Shown here in pieces: positions 1-10,600 of a stretch of DNA of 64,000 nucleotides. Below the pieces are notes generated by a model. That model was given only the letters and a program-made list of their open reading frames with translations, was not told where the DNA came from and made no database searches. The stretch lies in contig OX597816.1 in NCBI GenBank assembly GCA_951406725.2, positions 150,288,001 through 150,352,000 on the forward strand, in the 5' to 3' direction. The translations under genes were made by a program, and so were the position numbers. Position 1 is the stretch's first letter; each line of letters opens with the position of its first letter. This stretch comes from Octopus vulgaris (Eukaryota).

Positions 1-1045
1 TCAAGTTATAATATAGAAAATATTACATAGTGTCAAACAAATAAAATGAATGGCCAGAAACTTGAGGGAGAGATGGAATTGATTAAATTGATGCAGAATT
101 CACTGGCTCTTTAATTCATGAACCAGGCTGTGATGAAAAGCAAAGTGAGCACCGGTGGGATTTTAATTCAGAGAGTAGAGGGACATAGGAAAATACCAAT
201 AGAGGAACTTAACTAAATACCAAAAGGCATTTCCTCATTGAATTTGTCACTCAAATAAATAAAATAAAGAACTAATATGACCAGAAATAAAACAAATTAA
301 AATAGAAACATCGTTGGAAGAAGAAACAAAAACAGAGGTTTTGCTGGCCTGTTTTTAAGTGGAAAAAAAAAAATGATAAATACACAAAGGATATTATTAA
401 AAACCCATCAGAAAAGTGAAATTTTTATTGAAATTTTCAATAATAAAAACAAAAATGAACCCATATAAATGGTCTCTTAGTTTTCCTTGTCTGCTTTAGT
501 ATGTATTTGTGCACTCAAGTGTGAGTGTGTATGTTTCAAACATACACTCAAGTGTGAGTATGTTTCTTTCAATCATCTGTGTTTAGATGCACATACAGAT
601 ATATTCATATGATTTTTTATTTTTAGCTTGATTTTTTTATGTATTTGAGTACCTGAGTGTGTGGTTTCACAGCTTCTTTCAGTCAATTGCATCTGGGCAC
701 AGAGATATTTTATATAATTATTTTTTTTTACATTCACATACGACTTTAATTATGTAGCTTAAACATATTGAAAGTCTTCTTATTATGAAGTACATATACC
801 ACCATACATATACATTCACACACACTGGTGTATCTTAAATGGAAAGAAGCAACTTTCAGTTCTGGTTCACCAAACTAGTTGAAATCTCTAGAAATTAACA
901 CAGTTCTTTCTCACAGGACTAGAAATTTCAGAGAGAGGGTTTAATCAATTAAACTGATTCCTATACATGACTGGTACTATATTTTATAAATCCTGAAAAG
1001 ATGAAAGGAAAAGTTGAATGACTGTATTCCACATCCCATAACATC

Positions 1046-1192
1046 ATCATCATCATCGTTTAACATCCGTTTTCCATGCTAGCATGGCTTGGATGGTTTG
1101 ACCAGGGTCTGGGAAGCCAGGAGGCTGCACCAGGTTCCAGTCTGATCTGGCAGTGTTTCTGCAGCTGGATGCCCTTCCTAATGCCAACCACA
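1046..1192 (-). mobile_element. Family A retroposon 3' end ((GAT)n-tailed, RTE-associated)
   Basis: catcatcgtttaacatccgtttttccatgctagcatgg...ggatgcccttcctaatgccaacc; the same motif recurs in >10 copies in the window. Confidence 0.85.
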
Positions 1193-1562
1193 AGCAATAA
1201 AAAATTTTATAGACAAGTGTACATTTACAATAGCAGTACACAGTACACACACATCATTATCATTGTGCATTTTAATGGTTACTTTTTCCTGCATGCATGG
1301 ATCAAACAAAATTATTGAGTCTGACAATGGCCAGTTGCTCTTCTTGTCGCCAATCTTCACATGTCTCCAACCATGGAAATATAATTTTCCTAGTACTTTC
1401 AACACCAAAACAACAGAATGTCTGGATGTGTTTTCGTAGAAGATTGCAAACGATAAACATCCCTTGTATGATGTTGAAGTTTGATTGGAATCAGCACAAG
1501 ATATTAAGATAAGCAGATGTCAACACACATATACACACACACACACAAGCACACATATGTGA

Positions 1563-1712
1563 TGAGCTTCTTTCAGTTGCCATGTACTAAATCCACTTAC
1601 ATGCCTTCAGTTGGCCCAGGGATTTAGTAGAAGACGCTCGTCCAAGGTGCTGTGCAGTGTGGGACTGAACCTCAAACTACAAGTGAACTTCTAAACCAAA
1701 GTCATAATCGCA
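1563..1712 (-). mobile_element. Family C tRNA-derived SINE head, degenerate
   Basis: cttctttcagtt...aaatccact...ccaaggtgctg...gggactgaacc matches the copies at 4227-4395 and 47055-47190. Confidence 0.7.
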
Positions 1713-2499
1713 CTTATATATATAAGGTACAAAAACAACATACTCTGAAGGTATTTAAAGGATAGAGTAATCAAAGGTTCGGGTAATTTGGTGTATTGAA
1801 ATCCAAGAATTAGGTACCCCAAATCTTTGCCATGTATGTATGTATTCACACTCACGCACACACCACCACCACCATCATCATCTTCATCAATATCATTATC
1901 ATTTTAACAGCATTTTCCATTATTTTCCATTATTATATGGGTTAAAACAAGAGTACATTGGAGCAAAGGGTTTTATAGCTAGACACCCTTCCTTACATCA
2001 ACCCTTATCTGTTGCCATGTGAGGTAACAATCCCACAGTCTACTAAGAAACAAATAGCCTGGGCAGGTTTATATGGAGGACTAGTAACAAATGATATTAC
2101 TTCAATATTTACAAAGACTGTGCAACATGTAAGGATATTTCAAGCACCCTGAATGTGCACTCATGGCCAATTGCAAGCAAATGGTATCTTTTACATGAAC
2201 AGCATGGCCATTTTTTACAATCAACGAACACACATAAAGATGAGGAGAAATACAAAATAACTCACATAAATACACATACATAGCAGCCTAGGCACTATTA
2301 CTGAAAGCAGACTGGATGATGACAAGTTACAGAGAGCTGTAAAGTCAACAGTAGCAGTAAATACATTTAACTATACACCCAAGATATGTATGTATGTGTG
2401 TGTGTGTGTGGGTGGATGTATGTATGTATGTATGTATGTATGTATGTATCCATGGATGCATGTATTATAAGAATGTATGTATGTATATATGTATGAAAG

Positions 2500-2700
2500 T
2501 GATTTCAAATTTTGGCATACTGTCAGAAATTTCAGGGGGTGAGGTAAGTAGATTACATTGACACCAAGGTTCAACTGGTACTTGTATCATTAACCCTGAA
2601 AGATGAAAGGAAAAGTCAACCTCAACGGAATTTAAACTCAGAATGTAAAGATGGACAAAATTCTGCCTGGCATGCAAATGATTCTGCCAGCTTGCCAGCT
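2500..2700 (-). mobile_element. Family B tRNA-derived SINE (Meta/MESC-like core)
   Basis: ctggtact...gaaagatgaaaggaaaagtcaacctcaacggaatttaaactcagaatgt...ttctgccagcttgcc, shared with many other copies. Confidence 0.8.
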
Positions 2701-2908
2701 TATATTAATGTATAATGTTAATTTGAACATCTTCAGGTGAACCTCAGTGTAGAAAGAGACTGACTAGATCAAAATAAAAAATATTATTAATCTCTATGTT
2801 ATCAAGTACTCTTTTTTCCAGAAGTCAACACTAAATGGATATATATGTATACATCATGTTGATAGTTTTTCTGCAATCACTCCACCACACACACATATAT
2901 ATATATAA

Positions 2909-3123
2909 CTCTTTTACTTGTTTCAGTCATTTGACAGTGGCCATGCTGGACCACCGCTTTTAGTCGAGCAAATCAACCCCAGGACTTATTCTTTGTAAGC
3001 CTAGTACTTATTCTATCGGTCTCTTTTGCCGAACCGCTAAGTTACGGGGATGTAAACACACGAACATCGGTTGTCAAGCGATGTTAGGGGGATAAACACA
3101 GACACAAACATATACACACACAC

Positions 3124-3158
<35 letters not shown>

Positions 3159-4395
3159 TCATCATCATTTAGCGTCCGCTTTCCATGCTAGCATGGGTTG
3201 GATGGTTCAACTGGGGTCTGTGAAGCCAGAAGGCTGCATCAGGCCCAGTTTGATCTGGCAGTGTTTCTACGGCTGGATGCCCTTCCTAACGCCAACCACT
3301 CCGTGAGTGTAGTGGGTGTTTTTTTACGTGCCACCCGCACAGATGCCAGACGGAGCTGGCAAATGGCCACGGACGGATGGTGCTTTTTACGTGCCACCAG
3401 CACGGGGGCCAGGTGAGGCTGGCAATGGCCACGATCAGATGGTGCTTTTTATATGCCACCGGCACAGGGGCCAGGCGAGGCTGGCAACGGCCACGAACGG
3501 ATGGTGCTTTTTACATGCCACCAGCACGGAGGCCAGTCGGGGCGGCGCTGGCAACGGCCACAATCGGATGGTTCGCTTACTTGTCACCGGCACTGGTATC
3601 ACAGCTGCAATTTCCGATTTTGGTTCTGCTTTCTGATATCTGATTTGATTTGGTTTGATTTTGATTTTGATTTTTGATTTTCACTTGCCTCAACGGGTCT
3701 TCACAAGTGGAGTTTTGTGTCCCAAGAAGGAAAGGTATGTATAAGTCGACTGGCTACATACCAGGTAGAGGCCACGGGTTATGGTCTCACTAGTCTTGCC
3801 GGGTCTTCTCACGCACAGCATATTTCCATAGGTCTCGGTCTCTAGTCATTTCCTTGGTGAGACCTAAAGTTCGAAGGTCGTGCTTCACCACCTCATCCCA
3901 GGTTTTCCTGGGTCACCTCTTCCACAAGTTCCCTCAACCGCTAGGGTGTGGCACTTTTGCACACAACTATCTTCAGCCATTCTCGTCACATGACCATACC
4001 AGCATAAACGTCTCTCTTGCACACCACAACTGATGCTTTTTAGGTCCAACTTTTCTCTCAAGGTACTTACACTCTGTCGATTATGAACATTGACATTACA
4101 CATCCATCGGAGCATACTGGCTTCATTTCTTGTGAGCTTACACATATCCTCAGCAGTCACGGCCCATGTTTCACTACCTTGGCTATTTGTACACATGCAT
4201 TATACAGTCTGATATATACATACAGAAATACGGCGGGCTTTTTCAGTTTCTGTCTACCAAATCCACTCACAAGGCTTTGGTCGGCCCGAGGCTATAGTAG
4301 TAAACACTTGCCCAAGCTGCCAGGCAGTGGGACTGAACCCGGAACCATGTGGTTTGTAAGCAAGCTACTTACCACACAGCCACCCCTATGCCTAC
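2909..4395 (-). mobile_element. Family C SINE (tail 2909-3115, head 4227-4395) split by an RTE/Family A insertion
   Basis: Head has A-box-like ggctgtgtggtaag, B-box-like gggttcagtccc and cttgggcaagtgt. The tail matches the uninterrupted copy at 46838-47190. Confidence 0.8.
3160..4205 (-). mobile_element. 5'-truncated RTE-clade LINE: ORF C-terminus plus 3'UTR with ~61-bp tandem units and (GAT)n tail
   Basis: ORF 3885-4196(-) GSETWAVTAEDMCKLTRNEASMLRWMC...ERRLCWYGHVTR is typical of the RTE C-terminal region. It is contiguous with the Family A tail at 3160-3600. Confidence 0.85.
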
Positions 4396-4574
4396 ATATG
4401 TCATTATTATCATTTAACGTCAGTCTTCCATGCTGCTATGGGTTAGACAGCTTGACAGGATCCAGTGAGTTGGAGGATTGCATTGGGCTCCAGTGTCTGC
4501 TGTGGAATAGTTTCTATGTACATATGTATGCATGCATGTATGTATGTATGTATATATATATATGTGCAAAGAGC

Positions 4575-5012
4575 ACCATACGAGTATGATCGTTGACAGA
4601 GCGGCTATTCGAGTATGATCGTTACCAGCATCGCCTTACTGGCACTTATGCCTGTGCTAGTAGGGTGCCAAGAACACCATCCGAGTGTGATCATTGTGAT
4701 CGTTGCCAGAGCAGCCAACTGGCTTCCGTACCCATGGCACGTAAAAAGGCACCATTCAAGCATGATCGTTACCAATGTCACATCACTGGCACCTGTGTCG
4801 GTGGCACGTGTAAAAAGATTTTTATGTGCAGGTAGCACATAAAAAGCACCCACTACACTCTTGGAGTGGTTGGCATTAAGAAGGGCATCCAGCTGTAGAA
4901 ACTCTGCCAGATCAAGACTGGAGCCTGGTGCAGCCATCTGGCTTGCCAGCCCTCAGTCAAAATCGTCCAACCCATGCTAGTATGGAAAACAGACGTTAAA
5001 TGATGATGATGA
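4575..5012 (+). mobile_element. Family A retroposon copy
   Basis: Tandem ggcacgtaaaaagcacc units, aagggcatccagctgtagaaac, ends gacgttaaatgatgatgatg. Confidence 0.85.
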
Positions 5013-5829
5013 CACACACACACACATATATATATAAAATACATACATATGCACACACACACTGAATATATATATATGTATATATATATATATATCATCA
5101 TTATTATCCCCCTTCCATGCTGATATGGGCTGGACAGTTTGACAGGAGCTGGCAATTCAGAGAACTGCACTTGGCTCCATTGTTAACATGGTTTCTATAA
5201 CTGGATGCCTTTCTTAATGACAATCACTTTATAGAGTGTACTAAGTACTTTTTATGTGGCACCAGCACCAATGGAGTTACCAACTAACTTGCAAGACAAA
5301 TACCCCTTAGCTGGGAGAGGTAGTAGTACTGAGGAAGGTAGCTTTTTGCCAGATCGAAAAATTAATGTATAATACAGGGATAGAGATAGTGTCTTACTAT
5401 AAAGGAAATACCTGGTTATCCCAGTAGGAAAAGAAAGGAAAGGAAGGAGGGATAGAGTTAGAGAAGGAGAGATAGAGAGAGGGAAATATGCTGTTGGAGA
5501 TATATGGAGGGGTGGGAGTATTAGTGGTACTGAGGGGATAGAAAGGGAAGTTTCATGAGAGTGTGCAGGGAGATGTTTAGAGATGGGAAAGAAGTGACTG
5601 TCGGAAGTGATACTGAGAGATATTGAAGTGGCTGGGGAAAGGGGACTATGGTAGACATATGAAGGCATGAAGAGTGTGTGCAGGAGAGAGGAGGGTCCTG
5701 CAGTGAGTGATGATCATAGGTAGGGGAAAGAAGTGTGTTGGGCAGATGGGTTGTGGGAGTGTTTTGACAGGGAAGAGATTCTGTATGTTGGAGGAATATC
5801 CATAAAGGACATGCCTATATGCATGGCCA

Positions 5830-6885
5830 CAATTTTACTTAGCTTGAAGTGTCTTCTCAAGCATAGTAAATCACCAGATGTCTTAGTCCATTGTCATCTC
5901 CTCATTGAGGTTCAACATCTGAAGATCATTTCTCACCGGTTTGTCCCAAGTGTTTTGGGTCTATCACTTCCACAGGCTCCCTCCACAATTAGAGTTTGGC
6001 ACTTTTTTATGCACTGTTCCCATCCATTCACATCACATGACCATACCAGTGCAGTCTTCTCTCTTGCACACTACAGCTGATGCCTTTTATATCCAATTTT
6101 TCTCTTAAAACATTTATGCTTTGTATCGCACATTCAGAGGAGCATGCTGGCTTTATTTCATTGAAGCCTTCACATGATCTCTGCAGTCATAGGCCAAGTT
6201 TCACTGCAATGTATAATAGTTGTCCATACACAGGCATCATACAATTTGATTTATACTCTAAGAGAGAGGCCCTTTGTTTCCAACAAAGGTAATGGCTCTC
6301 TGAACTTTGCCTAGCAGGTACTTATTCCTGACAACTATGCTTTTGAAGCACCATTCTCCACTGCTGATTTGCTCAGCTAGGTAAAATAAGCTATCTACCA
6401 CTTCTAAGGATCTTGCCAGACATTTGCAGAAGTTTATTTCCTGTACATTCTATCACACACAAAGACTATTTCTCTGTTAACCTCCCTGTGATACTACTGC
6501 ACCTCTTATGTGTCCATTGCTTACACTGTGTACACAGTATGAAATTTACATCTGCACCTTTTCTATATAATGAGAAGGGCCATCTCCCTGGAGGGATTTG
6601 TGATTTGTCTGTCTTCCTACTTACTAGGACTAGTAATTTTCATTAAATTATCACTACTATACTCATTGCTGACCTTCACCTAACTGACAGTATCCATGTA
6701 CATGGCTTGTATGGTTTTCATCAACCAGTCATTTGTCTCTAGCTTCCACATTAACTACCAGATGCGGGAGTGAGGGACCCAGTCAAATGCTTTCTCCAGG
6801 TTGACAAAAGCCAAGTACAGAGATTTCTTTTCCTTAAATGCTTCTCCTGCAGTTACCCAAATAGGAAGATAGCATCAGTAGTGTT
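5830..6885 (-). mobile_element. Decayed RTE-clade LINE reverse-transcriptase fragments
   Basis: Minus strand at 6770-6860 reads QLQEKHLRKKKSLYLAFVNLEKAFDWVP (RT motif FVDLEKAFDRVP). 5950-6240 resembles the C-terminal segment at 3885-4196. Confidence 0.8.
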
Positions 6886-8277
6886 TCTCTCTTGCACAAA
6901 GTTAAGCCAAACTACATTTCATACACATATTAAATATTCAGACATACACATATAAATGGCTCATTTTGGTTTTATTTATGCAGACTACCTAACCCCACCA
7001 ACTCCCCATATGGACATTTCCCATTAAGCCACACCTCTACCTCTATTCATCACACTACATTCACTTCTACCCTAATCTCTAACCATCTGATATTCTCCTC
7101 ACACATTCTTATAACCCCATCACCCACTTCTGATCTACTGTCTATATCCATCACCTCCTTGCTCTTCAAGGATTTGCTCTGATACCCCAACACTTCCATC
7201 TTATCTTTTTCCCAGCTAGTCCCACTCAGTCTTATATAATGTGAGGTAGCCATGTCACTCATCTGTTGCAACACACCTGTGCTTTCTCTCTCTCTCACTC
7301 CACTGCTTAAATAACCTTTCCCCCACTTAGTTGAGAGAACTTCTTCCTTTTCTTGTTTTGCAAGTTACTTTATGACCTCACTAGTACCAGTGGTATGTAA
7401 AATGCACCTTGTACATGTGATTGGTGTTAGGAAGGGCATCCAGCCATAGAAAACATGTCAAAACTGATATTGGAGCATGAGTGGCCTGTTGGATCCTGTC
7501 AAGCCATCTAAACCATGCCAGTATGAAAAATAGATGCTAAATACATACACACACACACACACACATTATTATTCATCTGTTATTCACATACATATCACAA
7601 ACCACTCAGTTATTTTTGTTAGCTCATTTACATTTCTACTCCTGCTCTATTTCTTCTACTGGAGAAGTTAGAACAACTGTTGTGCAGATGATGCCTACTG
7701 AGATAGAAGCATGTGTCAACAGCTGTTCCGCCTGCTCCCTTTCAGTTGATATTGATTGCCAGTAGGTAATTCTTGTCTTCTCTGGAAGGAAACATAGTTT
7801 CAATGAATCAAGAATTTGCTTTCTATAATATTTAATGTACCTTTATTCATATTTTATGTTTGAATGCATGCTGCTAGCCACTGAGTTGTTCTTCTTACAC
7901 AATTTTGTTTCATTTATGTGAATTATCTAGGTTATAATTGTCTTCACTTGACTTGTTCAGTCGGAGATAGATAAGGCACCTGTTGTGCTGAGGACTGCTA
8001 CAGAAATAGAAACGCATGTGCACAGCTGTTCTCTTGTCTCCAGAGAATGTTTCCCTTAATAGCATTTCGATTTTGGAGAATTCTTGAGATTGTCTCCTCT
8101 TCTCATCTGGAATTAGCTTGAAGAGCCTTCAAGTGATTGGTCTATCTTCTCTGGAAGTGGAGATAGTTTTAAAATATTAAGAATTTGTCTAGCATAGTAC
8201 TTAATACACCCTTATTTGTTTTTCTTATGAACATATGCACAAATACAAACATGCACACACACATACATATACATATA

Positions 8278-9498
8278 TTGAGTCATCTCATGAATAATGC
8301 ATTTTTTTTTTCAAATGCATGAACAAAAAGTCAGAAGGAAATGGGATAAACTACCTGTGTCAACTTGCTATAAAAGCAGGTAGTAATTTTACCTTGTCCT
8401 TATTCTTAGTGTAAGATTTGAAGAGTGCAGTTCAATTTTAACAGTTATTTTTTCAAAGCTATAATGGAAGTGACAAGGGAGCATATTTAGCATATTTTGC
8501 TTTATGAGTTACCAACGTCACTTCACTGGCACCTGTGCCGGTGGCACATGTAAAATGATTCGAGCAAAGTCATTGCCAGTATCGCCTGACTGGCTCCTGT
8601 GCCGGTGGCACGTAAAAAGCACCCACTACACTGTCGGAGTGGTTGACGTTAGGAAGGGCATCCAGCTGTAGAAACTCTACCAGATCAAGATTGGAGCCTG
8701 GTGCAGCCATCTGGCTCGCCAGCCCTCAGTCAAAATCGTCCAACCCATGCTAACATGGAAAGCGAACGTTAAACGAGGATGATGATGATGATGATGATGA
8801 GTTCAATAACAGTAATAATGAAAAGGAAAGTGTGAGGAATATTAATGCAGTATATGGGGATCGGACAATAAGTGTAAGCCAGTTCAATGGTGGTTCCAGT
8901 AATTCCAAGCCAGAAACTACACCCTAGAAGACAAGTCTCGTCCTCGAAGATCTGTAGAGCTTGATGAGGACATCCTGCAAAGCCTCGTGGAACAAAATCT
9001 CATAGTAACTATTGAGAAACTAGCAGAGAACCTTGGATTTGGTCATTCAACCATTTATTGACACCTGTGTGACATTGGAAAAGTCAGGAAATTGGGTCAA
9101 TGGGTTCCTAACAAACTTTCCAAGTCTAATGCTTGGACACATACAGCAAGGATGACATTCCAAAGGCTGGAGGAGTTTCAATGGGAAATGATGTCCTACC
9201 CACCATATTCAGTAGACATTGCTCTATCTCATTATAATTTATTCCACAGTCCGCAAAATCATTTGGACAGATAAAATATGAATTCTGTTGATGAGGTCAG
9301 AACAGTACTGGAGGAGTATTTTTTTTCATGGACAAGTGAATTTTGGAGGAGGGGCCTTGCAAGTCTAAAAAACAAATGGAAGAGCATTGTAGAAAATGAA
9401 GGAGAATATATTTTAGATTAAAAAAGAACATTTTTTTATTTTAATTTTGAAAAATAAAAGAAGTATAAAAAAAACACATTATTTATGGGATGACCCAA
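8278..9498 (+). mobile_element. Internally deleted mariner (Tc1/mariner) DNA transposon with transposase pseudogene
   Basis: TIRs ttgagtcatctcatgaataatgc / cattatttatgggatgacccaa flanked by TA on both sides. Remnant peptides MEVTREHI*HILLYEF, GKVRKLGQWVPNKLS (WVPHEL motif) and YPPYSVDIALSHYNLF (YSPDLAPSD motif). Confidence 0.92.
8511..8796 (+). mobile_element. Family A retroposon inserted in the mariner transposase, 7-bp TSD ATGAGTT
   Basis: ATGAGTT at 8504-8510 and 8797-8803. Removing the insert and one TSD copy restores the frame LLYEFNNSNN. Confidence 0.9.
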
Positions 9499-9574
9499 TA
9501 TATACATACACACACACACCACTTATATACATAAGTATACAACACACATGCACATATATGTATGTATGTATATA

Positions 9575-9775
9575 TTTCTTTACTACCCACAAGGGAACGA
9601 GGACAAACAAGGACAGACAACGGATTAAGTATATATATATATATATATATAATCGACCGAAAGGATGAAAGGCAAAGTCGACCACGGCGGAATTTGAACT
9701 CAGAACGTAGCGGCAGACGAAATACGGCTAAGCATTTCGCCTGGCGTGCTAACGTTTCTGCCAGCTCGCCGCCTT
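9575..9775 (-). mobile_element. Family B tRNA-derived SINE, young variant with alternative tail
   Basis: CpG-intact head ggcggcgagctggcagaaacgttagc...gagttcaaattccgcc, core gcctttcatcctttcgg; same tail as 25504-25735. Confidence 0.88.
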
Positions 9776-10119
9776 TATATATATATATATATACACGCAT
9801 ACATACATATATACATATATACGCATACATACATTACATACATATATATGTAATGTATGTATGTATATATATATATATATATACATATGTATATGCACAT
9901 GTATACATATATATAATGCATACACACACACAAATACTATCAATTATTCTTTCAAAAGCCAAATTGATCATGTTATAAAAATGATGTAGGTTGATGTTTG
10001 TTTTTCTGTCAAGTTATTTATAAAAACAAGTTAACATTAACCTGATGGATTACATGTCTATTAAACTTTTATAAGGAAAAACTTGATAGTGACACACACG
10101 CACACACATATATATGTAT

Positions 10120-10177
<58 letters not shown>

Positions 10178-10250
10178 AGAATTCACAAAAAAACAAAAGA
10201 CGAAGACAACAAACAGATGTATTAGTTTAATGGTTGGGAAATGAAAAAGT

Positions 10251-10286
10251 CTTTAACGTTTCGAGCCTGTGCTCTTCCACAGAAAG
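10251..10286 (-). ncRNA. Minimal hammerhead-ribozyme-like motif (variant core) in a Penelope-like terminal fragment
   Basis: Minus strand: CUUU-CUGUGGA-A-GAGC(acag)GCUC-GAAA-CG-UU-AAAG. Helix I CUUU/AAAG, helix II GAGC/GCUC, palindromic AACGUU helix III; core position A6 is U. Confidence 0.5.
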
Positions 10287-10347
10287 GAACACAGAAAGAA
10301 ACAAGGGGAGAAAATAAAGAATGTGTAATATATATATATATATATAT

Positions 10348-10600
10348 GCCTAAAAATCAGAAAACACCACAGCAACAATGACTTTTGGGAACATTTTTTA
10401 GCACTTAGAACTGCTGAAGCATGGAATAAACTACCCACATCAGTTGTTAGCAGTTAGAACACTACACCCTTCAAAACTTCCATGCTTCTTGAAATTCACC
10501 AACAGTATTGCTTGATGCCCCACTTTTTTCAAATGACACATTCTATGTACTGTACATGCACATTTGGCTACCTGAGGACTGTATGCAATACACACATTTG
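10348..10600 (+). mobile_element. CR1-like LINE 3' fragment
   Basis: Matches 43290-43590 (gaaacattttt...gctgaagcatggaataaactacc). Confidence 0.75.

Noticed and set aside
3315-3600. Regularly spaced repeats superficially like a CRISPR array
   Set aside because: Whole ~61-bp units are similar (no unique spacers), the context is eukaryotic, there are no cas genes, and they are part of a retroposon.
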